From Flavobacteriales bacterium (GTDB lineage Bacteria > Bacteroidota > Bacteroidia > Flavobacteriales_D > Sanyastnellaceae), in the NCBI GenBank assembly GCA_947488195.1, contig CANKYR010000002.1:5241-69240 (forward strand): a stretch of DNA of 64,000 nt, written 5' to 3'. The position numbers were made by a program, and so were the translations under genes. Every line of letters begins with the position of its first letter. Positions within the stretch are counted from its first letter, which is position 1. Of this stretch, positions 46,301 through 54,518 are shown one piece after another. The notes under the pieces are model-generated. The model was not told where the DNA came from, ran no database searches, and was given only the letters and a program-made list of their open reading frames with translations.

Positions 46301-47255
46301 CGGTTTCAACATATAAAAAATCTTGAAAAGAATCTGAAATTCTATTTGCGACAGCACCATTATTTTCGGTTGAAATTCGAAGCGGGTTAGTATCGTTAAT
46401 TTTTATGAAATAGTAAGCTGAATCGCTATAATAATGTTTGGTATGAAACCAACGTTTGCGGCCTATACCATCATCTTGTGCAAGTGTCCAGGTGTCGGGT
46501 CCTTTTCCATAAAAAAGAATGTAATCGCTCGCATTGAAAACTCCGTCCGACTCTCCTTGAATGTGAATTGCGTTTTTTACTAAATCATCTGCTTTATTAA
46601 CGAAGTTTTTTTCCGGGATGAGAGCCCCACCATTTCCGTAAATATTAATGGTGTTTGGATTTAATCCAGAAAGAGAAACACCAAGTTCTTCTAAAAAGCT
46701 ACGGTCGATTTTATAAACGCCATCTTTCGCAATAGCAATTTTGTAAACATCACCTTCTGACAGCACACTGTGCTCAACATAAGTGTAATTGTTTTTCTGA
46801 ATTTCATTAAGAGATGTTGTTGCTAATACTTCGAAAGAAAGCAGGCGCTCGATTTTTCCATTTCTTTTTCTGAAAGGAATAACGGTAACTACCTGATTAT
46901 TTTTTGAATCGGATTGAACCGATTGAACTTCAACACGAAAATCATCTGTTATCAATTGAAGTTGATCATTGTCGAAATAGGATGAACTTATTTCAGAACT
47001 AGACACGTTGGTTAAAGTCGGTGCGATGTATTTTTCACCTTTCAATGCAGAAGCGCGAAAAGCTAAGAAAGGAAGAGTGGAGTTGTTAGAAATAACAAGA
47101 GAGGGGCAAAGATCACCGACCACAGAGTAATTGGTCCTGTTTTGTTGAATATCTAGCCACTGGATTTTTTGTTCAGGTACAAGTCTTTCTTGCGCCGAAG
47201 CGTTTGCTATGCAAATAGCTGATAAACAGAGTAATAATAACTTAATCGTTCGCAT
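43374..47255 (-). CDS. porU: T9SS C-terminal signal peptidase/sortase PorU (peptidase C25 family)
   Basis: 1293 aa from ATG 47255 (MRTIKLLLLCLSAICIANASAQ). Gingipain-like His/Cys dyad context YIGHGGEKGW and FLTATCELARYDDP. It carries its own type A CTD (LLNYPNPFTTNTSFIYE). Confidence 0.88.
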   Translation of the reverse strand: MRTIKLLLLCLSAICIANASAQERLVPEQKIQWLDIQQNRTNYSVVGDLCPSLVISNNSTLPFLAFRASALKGEKYIAPTLTNVSSSEISSSYFDNDQLQLITDDFRVEVQSVQSDSKNNQVVTVIPFRKRNGKIERLLSFEVLATTSLNEIQKNNYTYVEHSVLSEGDVYKIAIAKDGVYKIDRSFLEELGVSLSGLNPNTINIYGNGGALIPEKNFVNKADDLVKNAIHIQGESDGVFNASDYILFYGKGPDTWTLAQDDGIGRKRWFHTKHYYSDSAYYFIKINDTNPLRISTENNGAVANRISDSFQDFLYVETDQYSPAKSGREFYGDLYDAVLSGSYTFSFPNVKTTEPASMDFNAIARTIGGSSIFTATVQGNVNSISIGNVTDSPTSQVARTGRINTSFLPTNGNFNVSVGFNKGNSDAKGWLDYICMNATQQLKMQGTQMRFRDTTSVGMGNITEFQISEQSYAVNEIWDITNFTTPTRVTLAASGALSTWTSATDKLKEFVAFASSFYTPTPIGKVENQDLHGWASNDLIIISSPVLMPVAEEIAAIHKAQGQSVQVATPLQIFNEFSSGNPDAMAFRQLVKMQYDRANGGKRAPKNLLILGDGDYSRNKGLVNQEGTNVMVFESNNSLSPTSSYVSDDYFVMVSPLEDGNATGLLDCGVGRIPAASLDEAYGYLGKIKAYVSENTSSNGGAYCLGDVQDSPYGNWRNVVTFVSDDQDGSGGAYEQVHLNSANSLANIVKTNHPEYDISKLYMDAFTQISTPGGERYVEGEKAIQQRVQSGTLLLTYIGHGGEKGWAHERVLDLPTISGFTNKYRLPVFLTATCELARYDDPEVKSAGELLVMNANGGAIAMLTTTRIVFSGENYEMDLAFFEHALHSENGAVKTLGELNMLTKNGVSIGNDSKPNFSLLGDPALTMVYPKLSVQTTHINNIELASFTDTLKALNEVEFKGKVTDSDGNFLNGFNGFIYPTVYDKESKVISQNNDQNGEEGQFQEFYSFNKIIYRGKASVSNGEFSFKFIVPFDINYSVDSARVSYYTVSGNKDGNGYCEAFKIGSLNPNAQLNTIGPEISLYLNDSTFVSGGSTNTSPIILAKLQDENGINTVGNGVGHNLTAIIDGNSAKPIVLNDFYESDLDTYTSGEVRYPLSTLSIGDHTLTVKAWDVFNNSNEETIQFTVAEDSKIALSHLLNYPNPFTTNTSFIYEHNQACQQLDARVQIFTVSGKLVKTIESSFYATGFRGQDIPWDGKDDFGNAIGKGTYIYKLELRNEKGQRAESFQKLVILK

Positions 47256-47294
47256 GTGATCGTCTGAGGTTTTGCTTTGAGGCCTGCCAATAAC

Positions 47295-47302
47295 CAAAGT
47301 TA
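47295..47302 (-). promoter_or_regulatory. Candidate -7 promoter box for porU
   Basis: Minus-strand TAACTTTG (exact TAnnTTTG) 39 nt upstream of ATG 47255. It lies inside the longer ORF-track extension, which supports the shorter start. Confidence 0.4.
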
Positions 47303-47392
47303 TTCCAATTTATTGTTTATGCCTCATGTTATTTGAAAGCAAAATTGTTGTATAATTGCTATTAAAATCGAATATTTTTTACAAACTTTCGG

Positions 47393-48379
47393 ATGAAGAT
47401 TGCGATGAAATTAAAATTCTTAGGGTTCATGATCTGTGTAATGGGTGTAACTAACGTTATGGCCCAAGATCCCGAGTTCACACAGTTTTACTCAAACCCA
47501 CTTTACTTGAACCCAGCTTTTGCAGGGACTTCAAAATGCCCACGTTTTGTAATGAACTACAGAAACCAATGGCCATCACTAACTGGTGCGTACGTTACAA
47601 CGTGTGCCAGTTACGATCAGCACGTTGAAACTGTTTCAGGTGGTTTAGGCATTATGGTTATGAATGACCGTGCCGCGCAAAACACGTTGAATACGACAAC
47701 GGTGAGTGGAATATATTCCTACCAACAAGCCATTAATCGCAAATTCAGCATAAAGGCCGGTTTTCAAGCTTCTTACTTCCAGAAATCTTTGGACTGGAGC
47801 AAGCTTACTTTCGGAGATATGATTGATCCGCGTAAAGGATTTATCTACGAAACAAACGACATCCCACGTGGTGGAAGCGTTAAAAACATTGATTTCTCTG
47901 CTGGAGTCCTTGGTTTTAGCCAAACTTTTTACGGAGGATTCGCAGTTCACCACTTGAATGAGCCTAACGAAAGTTTGATTGTAGGTACTTCGCGTCTTCC
48001 AATGAAATACACTGTGCACGCTGGTGCAGTTATTCCTATTAAGCAGAAATACAAGGACTCGAGCACACTTTCTCCGAATATTCTTTATCGCCGTCAGGGT
48101 GAATTCCAACAATTGAATCTGGGTATGTACATAACCAAAGGTCCTATCGTTGCTGGAGTTTGGTTCCGCGGTTTGTTATTTGGACAGCGTTACAGCGATA
48201 GCTTCATTGCTACATTGGGATTACAAAATGACAATATTCGTGTGGGTTATAGTTATGACATTACTGTCAGCGCTTTAACTCCTGCTACAGGCGGGTCACA
48301 CGAGGTGTCTTTGGGAATTAATTTCGACTGTCGCCCAAGAAAACCGAAGTTCCGCACAATAGCGTGTCCTTCTTTTTAG
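47393..48379 (+). CDS. PorP/SprF-family T9SS membrane protein
   Basis: 328 aa. Signal peptide followed by QDPEFTQFYSNPLYLNPAFAG, the hallmark PorP/SprF N-terminal motif, and a beta-barrel-like remainder. Confidence 0.88.
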   Translation: MKIAMKLKFLGFMICVMGVTNVMAQDPEFTQFYSNPLYLNPAFAGTSKCPRFVMNYRNQWPSLTGAYVTTCASYDQHVETVSGGLGIMVMNDRAAQNTLNTTTVSGIYSYQQAINRKFSIKAGFQASYFQKSLDWSKLTFGDMIDPRKGFIYETNDIPRGGSVKNIDFSAGVLGFSQTFYGGFAVHHLNEPNESLIVGTSRLPMKYTVHAGAVIPIKQKYKDSSTLSPNILYRRQGEFQQLNLGMYITKGPIVAGVWFRGLLFGQRYSDSFIATLGLQNDNIRVGYSYDITVSALTPATGGSHEVSLGINFDCRPRKPKFRTIACPSF

Positions 48380-48421
48380 TTATATAAGAAACCCAACAGT
48401 TATTTCATAAAATAGGAAATC

Positions 48422-50182
48422 ATGAAAAACTTTAAATTAGCCCTTACAACACTCGCCCTTTCAGGTATGGTTGTGCTTAACTCATGCGAAGAGAATCGTT
48501 CTTCTGCAACAGGTTGGGAATACAACAATCGCGACAACGGAGGTTTCGATCGTGTTGAGTATGCAGGTCAAGAAACCGGTCCAGGTTTAGTATTCATTGA
48601 AGGCGGTCGCTTCTCAATGGGTCGCGTTGAAGACGACGTAAACTACACTTGGGATAACTTGCAAACCCCTGTAACCGTAAGTTCATTCTATATGGATGAA
48701 ACAGAGGTAACTAACCAACACTGGTTAGATTATTTGCGCTGGTTAGAGATGGTGTATGCAGATTCTTACCCAGAATTAATTGGTCGCGCGCTTCCAGACA
48801 CCAACTGCTGGAGACAAAAAGACCAAGACATGGAGAAGTACGTAGAGTTATACTTGCGTCACCCAGCTTATCAGGATTATCCTGTAGTAGGAGTGAGTTG
48901 GTTACAAGCCAATGACTACTGCTCTTGGAGAACAGACCGTGTGAACGAGCAAATTTTGGTTCGTGAAGGGTTTCTTGCACATAATCTAGCTGCCCAAGGA
49001 GCAGACGAGCATTTCACAACGGAAACTTATTTCAACGGACAATACGAAGGAGAGCAATTGGGAGAAGGTCTTCCAAACTACAATCCTAAAGGAGATCCTT
49101 TCCGTAAAGTAAGAATGGAAGATGGAATTCTTTTGCCGCGCTACCGCTTGCCTAATGAGGCTGAGTGGGAATACGCAGCAATGGCTCTTATTGGAAACTC
49201 ATACCAAGAATTAATTACAGATCGTAGAACATACCCATGGAATGGTCACTACGTTCGTAACGGAGACAACGGAACGGAATACTTCGGAACCATGCGCGCA
49301 AACTTCATGCGTGGAACTGGAGATGCAATGGGTGTTGCTGGTTACTTAAACGACAACGCGGATATTACTGCTCCTGTTTACCAATATCCTCCAAACGACT
49401 TTGGTTTGTATAATATGGCAGGTAACGTTTCTGAGTGGGTGTCAGATGTATATCGTCCTCTTACAGACGATGACCGTTCTGAATTCCGTCCATACAGAGG
49501 TAACGTTTACAAGACAAAAACTTTAAATAGCGACGGTTCTGTTGCAGACAAGTTAACCTACAACGTTTATGATGTAGATGAGGTGAAAAAGTATTTGGAG
49601 AGTTTGCAAGATTCTTCTTTGATTACACGTAGCAAATACGGAGAGAAAGATATTCAAGTGTTGGATCAGAGTTTAGTGAAAATTGGTCAAGCAATTGAAA
49701 AACGTGACCAGCGTCGTGAAGAAGAAGCTATGGCTATCATGGATGAAATTATGGAGTTGATTCGTAGTTCAGAAGCAGACATCGCTTATACAATGGTTGA
49801 TAACATTGAGAACTTCGTTGTGAGTACTTCAGGTCGTCAGAAAATGAGAAACGTTTCGTTGGAAGAAAACATCAACAGAACGAACTACCGCAAAGCAGAC
49901 AACATTGATTTCAACGATGGTGATTTCCAAAGTAGTTCGAAATACCTAGATGCCGATTTTGAAAATCGTGCAGACCGCATGTATGATTATGGAAAGACTA
50001 CCTTGGTGAATAACAGATCACGCGTATACAAAGGCGGTAGTTGGGAAGATCGTGTGTACTACAACATTCCAAGTACAAGAAGATTTATGGACGAAAGAAA
50101 ATCGAGTCGTTCTCTTGGATTCCGTTGCGCTATGGACCGCGTAGGTTCACCATCGGGTATCGGAGCGAAAGGAGGAGAATAA
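48422..50182 (+). CDS. gldJ: Gliding motility lipoprotein GldJ (FGE/SUMF1-like fold)
   Basis: 586 aa. Lipobox VVLNSC and FGE-sulfatase-like segments (GGRFSMG, YPVVGVSWLQANDYCSWR, GLYNMAGNVSEWV, LGFRCA). The gldJ-murF order matches what I recall for Flavobacterium johnsoniae. Confidence 0.85.
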   Translation: MKNFKLALTTLALSGMVVLNSCEENRSSATGWEYNNRDNGGFDRVEYAGQETGPGLVFIEGGRFSMGRVEDDVNYTWDNLQTPVTVSSFYMDETEVTNQHWLDYLRWLEMVYADSYPELIGRALPDTNCWRQKDQDMEKYVELYLRHPAYQDYPVVGVSWLQANDYCSWRTDRVNEQILVREGFLAHNLAAQGADEHFTTETYFNGQYEGEQLGEGLPNYNPKGDPFRKVRMEDGILLPRYRLPNEAEWEYAAMALIGNSYQELITDRRTYPWNGHYVRNGDNGTEYFGTMRANFMRGTGDAMGVAGYLNDNADITAPVYQYPPNDFGLYNMAGNVSEWVSDVYRPLTDDDRSEFRPYRGNVYKTKTLNSDGSVADKLTYNVYDVDEVKKYLESLQDSSLITRSKYGEKDIQVLDQSLVKIGQAIEKRDQRREEEAMAIMDEIMELIRSSEADIAYTMVDNIENFVVSTSGRQKMRNVSLEENINRTNYRKADNIDFNDGDFQSSSKYLDADFENRADRMYDYGKTTLVNNRSRVYKGGSWEDRVYYNIPSTRRFMDERKSSRSLGFRCAMDRVGSPSGIGAKGGE

Positions 50183-50206
50183 TCTTTTCAGAAATATAAA
50201 AACATT

Positions 50207-50236
50207 ACACCCCGCATCAGCGGGGTGTTTTATTTT
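50207..50236 (+). terminator. Rho-independent terminator after gldJ
   Basis: Perfect 9-bp GC-rich stem ACACCCCGC / GCGGGGTGT, loop ATCA, followed by TTTATTTT. Confidence 0.8.
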
Positions 50237-50242
50237 AGCAAC

Positions 50243-51511
50243 ATGATTGAATTCATTTTTCAAAAATTTCTGGATGTCCGCAGCGTAACTACTGATACTC
50301 GTAACGTAGGACTTGACGATATTTTCTTCGCGTTGAAAGGAGATAATTTCAACGGGAATCATTTTGCCCAGCAGGCACTGGATTCAGGTGCCTCGTTAGT
50401 GATCATAGACGAAGAAGTAGATGTTTCCTCAGATCGAATCGTTCGTGTAGAGAATAGTTTGTATACCCTTCAAGCATTAGCAAAACGCTACCGCGAAACT
50501 TTTGCCTTTCCTGTTATCGGAATAACCGGAAGTAATGGTAAGACCACCACGAAAGAGCTCATGCGAGAAGTGTTAAGCATGAAATACAAGACATTCGCAA
50601 CACATGGTAATCTGAATAATCACATAGGAGTTCCGCTTTCCTTGTTAGCCATTCCGGCCGATTGCGAAATGGCAATCATAGAAATGGGAGCGAATCACCA
50701 AAGGGAAATCGCTTCATACTGCGAATATGCGATGCCGGATTATGGGGTCATTACAAACATTGGAAAAGCTCATTTAGAAGGATTCGGTGGAGTAGAGGGA
50801 ATTATTAAAGGAAAGGGAGAACTATTCGATTATGTTAATTCCCACGGAGGAATGTGTTTAGTGAATACTGAATTGATTCATCTCGATAACATGGCAGAAT
50901 TCATTCAACATAAAAAATATGGATTCAAAACTGGTGGATTTCATCTGCAGACGGTAGCTGAACATCCTACTCTCTCTTTTGAGTTTAGTACTCCATCTGA
51001 CGACAATTCTTGCACGTGTCACGCTCAAATGGCGGGGACGTACAACTTGTTTAACATGGCTACAGCCATTGCAGTTGGATATGAGTTCGGAGTTTCTTCT
51101 GAGCAGATGTGCAAAGCCATTGGAGCCTATACCCCCGAGAACAACCGCAGTCAGTGGTGGGATTCTGGTAAGAATAAAGTTATTCTCGACGCTTACAATG
51201 CCAATCCGAGCAGTATGGAAGCCGCCTTGTTGAATCTTTCAAAAATGGAAAACACGTTTTTCATTATTGGAGATATGTTCGAATTGGGCGAATATGCAGA
51301 GGAAGAACACAGAAAGATTCTCGAGCTCACAAAAGAACTTGGTCTTCAAGGAATTTTTATCGGGAGGGCCTTTCAATTAGTAGGCGCCACCGAACTTTTG
51401 GATGCTCAGAATGCCCGAGATTATTTAAAGTTGAATGAAGTCAAGGGCAAAATAGTTTTGTTGAAAGGTTCGCGCGGAATGCGTTTGGAACAATTGAAGG
51501 AAGTGATTTAA
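50243..51511 (+). CDS. murF: UDP-N-acetylmuramoyl-tripeptide--D-alanyl-D-alanine ligase
   Basis: 422 aa from ATG 50243; the ORF-track start 50225 lies inside the terminator. GITGSNGKTTTKE P-loop and Mur ligase domains. Confidence 0.92.
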   Translation: MIEFIFQKFLDVRSVTTDTRNVGLDDIFFALKGDNFNGNHFAQQALDSGASLVIIDEEVDVSSDRIVRVENSLYTLQALAKRYRETFAFPVIGITGSNGKTTTKELMREVLSMKYKTFATHGNLNNHIGVPLSLLAIPADCEMAIIEMGANHQREIASYCEYAMPDYGVITNIGKAHLEGFGGVEGIIKGKGELFDYVNSHGGMCLVNTELIHLDNMAEFIQHKKYGFKTGGFHLQTVAEHPTLSFEFSTPSDDNSCTCHAQMAGTYNLFNMATAIAVGYEFGVSSEQMCKAIGAYTPENNRSQWWDSGKNKVILDAYNANPSSMEAALLNLSKMENTFFIIGDMFELGEYAEEEHRKILELTKELGLQGIFIGRAFQLVGATELLDAQNARDYLKLNEVKGKIVLLKGSRGMRLEQLKEVI

Positions 51512-51539
51512 TGGTTGTATTTTCGTAAAAAAATAAAAG

Positions 51540-52817
51540 ATGAATTTTGTAGAGGAGTTGCAATGGAGAGGAATGTTACACACGAGCATTCCAGAGACTG
51601 AGGCCCACTTGAATGCGCAAATGCGCAAAGCATATATCGGATTCGATCCAACGGCTAGCTCTTTGGGCGTGGGGAATATGGTTCAAATTATGACCCTTCT
51701 TCATTTTCAACAAAGTGGGCACAAGCCTGTGGCCCTTATAGGTGGCGCAACTGGAATGGTAGGTGACCCAAGCGGAAAATCAGCAGAAAGGAATTTATTG
51801 GGTGAAGAGGAATTGCGTTACAACCAAGAATGCCAGCAAAAGCAGTTGGAACGTTTTCTAGATTTTAATTGCGGAGATCGCTCTGCTGAAATCGTAAACA
51901 ACTACGACTGGTTTAAAGAAATGGGATTCTTGGAGTTTATTCGAGATGTTGGAAAACGCTTGACCGTAAATTACATGATGGCGAAAGATTCGGTGAAAAA
52001 CCGAATCAGCGGAGAGGATCGCGAGGGCATGAGCTTCACAGAATTTACCTACCAACTTATTCAAGGGTACGACTTTTATTATTTGTGGAAGAATCATGGA
52101 ATTACCATGCAAATGGGCGGTTCAGACCAATGGGGAAACATTACCACAGGAACAGAATTGATTCGCAGAATAGACGGAGGAAGTGCTTTTGCATTGACTA
52201 CCCCGCTTATTAAAAAGGCCGATGGAACGAAATTCGGAAAAACGGAAAGCGGAAATGTGTGGCTCGATGCTGCGCGCACTTCACCTTATAAATTTTATCA
52301 GTTTTGGTTGAATGCGAGCGATGAGGACGCGAAGAATTTCATTCGCATTTTTACATTGAAGGGAAAAGAAGAAATTGAAGCATTGGAAGCGCAACATTTG
52401 CTAGACCCTGGCATGCGCGCACTTCAGAAGGCCTTGGCGGAAGATATTACTACGCGCGTGCACAGCGGATCAGATACCATTCAGGCTATTCAGGCATCTG
52501 GTATTTTATTCTCGAAAGACAGTACATTCGATTCGCTTTCGAAAGAAATGTTGCTCGATATTTTTGAAGGAGTTCCGCAAGGAACAATGAATAAAAGCGA
52601 AATAGAGACGGGTGCCGATATTATCGATGTGTTGGTTAATTCAGGATTCCTTCCGTCCAAAGGCGAAGCCAGACGTGCCTTGCAAGAGAACAGCATTGCA
52701 GTGAATAAAGAAAAAGTTGGGATTGACGCTAAGATTGATTCAAGTCATTTGATTCACGGAGAGTTGGTCATTCTTCAACGCGGTAAGAAGAATTACTTCT
52801 TGTTGAAATGTCTATAA
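51540..52817 (+). CDS. tyrS: Tyrosine--tRNA ligase (HIGH signature non-canonical, see findings)
   Basis: 425 aa. GFDPTASSL..., GHKPVALIGGATGMVGDPSGKSAERNLL, KFGKT (the KMSKS equivalent) and a C-terminal S4 domain. Confidence 0.9.
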   Translation: MNFVEELQWRGMLHTSIPETEAHLNAQMRKAYIGFDPTASSLGVGNMVQIMTLLHFQQSGHKPVALIGGATGMVGDPSGKSAERNLLGEEELRYNQECQQKQLERFLDFNCGDRSAEIVNNYDWFKEMGFLEFIRDVGKRLTVNYMMAKDSVKNRISGEDREGMSFTEFTYQLIQGYDFYYLWKNHGITMQMGGSDQWGNITTGTELIRRIDGGSAFALTTPLIKKADGTKFGKTESGNVWLDAARTSPYKFYQFWLNASDEDAKNFIRIFTLKGKEEIEALEAQHLLDPGMRALQKALAEDITTRVHSGSDTIQAIQASGILFSKDSTFDSLSKEMLLDIFEGVPQGTMNKSEIETGADIIDVLVNSGFLPSKGEARRALQENSIAVNKEKVGIDAKIDSSHLIHGELVILQRGKKNYFLLKCL

Positions 52818-52820
52818 AAT

Positions 52821-52860
52821 AAGCAGGGGTTCCCTTTGGAACCCCCTGCTTATTTTGTTT
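52821..52860 (+). terminator. Rho-independent terminator after tyrS
   Basis: Stem AAGCAGGGGTTCC / GGAACCCCCTGCTT (one bulged base), followed by ATTTTGTTT. Confidence 0.75.
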
Positions 52861-52960
52861 AGGAAATCATATCACCAAATTGTCCTGCCCAACACATTTC
52901 AATTCGGCTAAGAAGTTAGAAACTTCTATTCTAAAGACGGAGAAGAAAATAAATGGTTGC

Positions 52961-53953
52961 CTAGGATTCTGAAAAAAGTAAATTACATCCTCTAATCTCG
53001 GCGTGATTCATTCTTCCGAGTATCTCGAAGGTCCCATTTTCATTCACAACGCCTAAGTCTTCTGTGGCAATGAAAGAGCAGGAATTCTGATTGGCCAAGT
53101 CGATAATATTCAAAGCCCCTCTTTTTCCATTGGGTAAAAGAGTAAGTGGATCTTGAAGATCTCTGCAAATGACTTTCATCCAAGGTGGACAAACAAATAT
53201 TCCATTTCCTTTGGAATAGGCCTGCGAAAAAAGTTCAGTCATTCCGTATTCACTGTGTATTTCGCTCACTTGAAAGGCCTGACAAAGCTGGGCGTGTAGC
53301 TCAGTTCTTGTAAGCTCTTCTCTTCTTCCTTTCATCCCGCCGGTTTCCATGATGGTGGAGTGATTTAGTGCCATTGGGAATTGTTCTGAAAAATCTAGCA
53401 GTGCGAATGATACCCCAATCAACAATGTTTTTAAGCCCATTGATTCGTTTTGAACAAGTTGATTATGCAGCGCCTGAAAATTGTCTAGGAAAAATCCAGA
53501 GTTACTGTGTGCCTTTGGTAATAGGGCATTCACCATGTATACCAATGAGGAATTGTTTCGTTCTAAATACGAAGGAAGTAAAGCTAAAATGCTGACTTCT
53601 TCAAGTGGCGTTTCCAAATATTTCTTGAATGTCGGAAAGAAAGATTGCTCGTAAAGCGACAGGTCGTTGACTAAATGCTGACTGCGATTTCCGCCAGTGC
53701 CACTACTTTCGAAGGTGTGGACAATAGGTTGGTCTTGACAAACACGATGTGTTTTGAAAAATGAAATAGGTAAAAATGGAATTTCGTTCCAATTGGAAAT
53801 ATGAATCGAATTTTCCCCAAGGGCATTGCAAAACTGACTGTAAACAGGGGTTTTAGCAAGTTGACTTTGAAATGTAGCCAGCGCAAAGTCGGTAAAATTC
53901 CCGGAAGTTGTTTGAGTAAAATCCATTTTGTCGTTCTCTGTTTCGCCTTTCAT
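52961..53953 (-). CDS. LuxE-like acyl-protein synthetase / adenylate-forming acyltransferase family protein
   Basis: 330 aa. FESSGTGGNRSQH (adenylate-forming SSGTTG-type motif) and METGGMKGRREE. The start could instead be the internal Met at 53926. Confidence 0.65.
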   Translation of the reverse strand: MKGETENDKMDFTQTTSGNFTDFALATFQSQLAKTPVYSQFCNALGENSIHISNWNEIPFLPISFFKTHRVCQDQPIVHTFESSGTGGNRSQHLVNDLSLYEQSFFPTFKKYLETPLEEVSILALLPSYLERNNSSLVYMVNALLPKAHSNSGFFLDNFQALHNQLVQNESMGLKTLLIGVSFALLDFSEQFPMALNHSTIMETGGMKGRREELTRTELHAQLCQAFQVSEIHSEYGMTELFSQAYSKGNGIFVCPPWMKVICRDLQDPLTLLPNGKRGALNIIDLANQNSCSFIATEDLGVVNENGTFEILGRMNHAEIRGCNLLFSES

Positions 53954-53970
53954 TCTATATCTTTACAAAG

Positions 53971-54471
53971 ATGCGAAAGATTGGGACACTACTTTTTATT
54001 TTCCTTACTCTCTTAGTGAGTAGCTGCTTGAAGGTGGAGACTTATCCGGATGAGCCGAGCATTGAGGCAGTCCGCTTAACAGTGAGCAGCGACAGCGCTT
54101 TTTTACAAGTTGATTTTATTGATGGCGATGGAAATGTTGGGCTCGGTCAGTCTGATACCTCGGGTGTTTTTGGAGCCTGTGATACGCGTTACAATTTGTT
54201 TTGTGTTTACGAAGAGTTGCGTAATGGAACATGGATGCAAATAAGCGAAGAACCTTGTTTAAATCCTAACGCAGTTCCTTTCTATTACCGCGTGCCGTGG
54301 GCAACACCGCCTGGTCAGAACAAAACACAAAAGGGCACCATTACCGTTCAGATGTACCCAGGCTATTACTTAAATAGCGGATTTGACACCTGTAGATTTT
54401 CAGTGCGCATTTGCGATAGAGATTTAAATTTTTCCAACACATTATATTCTCCTGTTTATTTAAAGCCATAA
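53971..54471 (+). CDS. Hypothetical lipoprotein
   Basis: 166 aa. MRKIGTLLFIFLTLLVSSC lipobox and a DFIDGDGNVG Ca-binding-like loop. I recognise no family. Confidence 0.6.
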   Translation: MRKIGTLLFIFLTLLVSSCLKVETYPDEPSIEAVRLTVSSDSAFLQVDFIDGDGNVGLGQSDTSGVFGACDTRYNLFCVYEELRNGTWMQISEEPCLNPNAVPFYYRVPWATPPGQNKTQKGTITVQMYPGYYLNSGFDTCRFSVRICDRDLNFSNTLYSPVYLKP

Positions 54472-54473
54472 AA

Positions 54474-54498
54474 AAAGACCCGCCGAAGCGAGTCTTTT
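54474..54498. terminator. Probable bidirectional terminator between convergent genes
   Basis: Hairpin AAAGAC-C-CGC-CGAA-GCG-A-GTCTTT, flanked by an A-run on the left and a T-run on the right. It sits between stops at 54471 (plus) and 54519 (minus). Confidence 0.55.
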
Positions 54499-54518
54499 CA
54501 AAGGTTATTCTATTCGAA

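Noticed and set aside
47645-48112. 155-aa minus-strand ORF inside the PorP/SprF-like gene.
   Set aside because: It is fully nested antisense to a well-supported CDS, and it has no motifs and no upstream promoter box.
40607-50182. The idea that the SPASM-like radical SAM enzyme is a maturase acting on GldJ, by analogy with sulfatase maturation.
   Set aside because: GldJ resembles the formylglycine-generating enzyme itself, not a sulfatase substrate. The genes are 7 kb apart in different transcription units, and nothing in the sequence links them.
52861-52960. The ~100-nt stretch between the tyrS terminator and the LuxE-like stop as a possible small RNA. It contains short hairpins AGAAGT/ACTTCT and TTAGAA/TTCTAA.
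   Set aside because: The stems are only 6 bp and AT-rich. There is no promoter box or terminator of their own. This is most likely the 3' UTR of the minus-strand gene.
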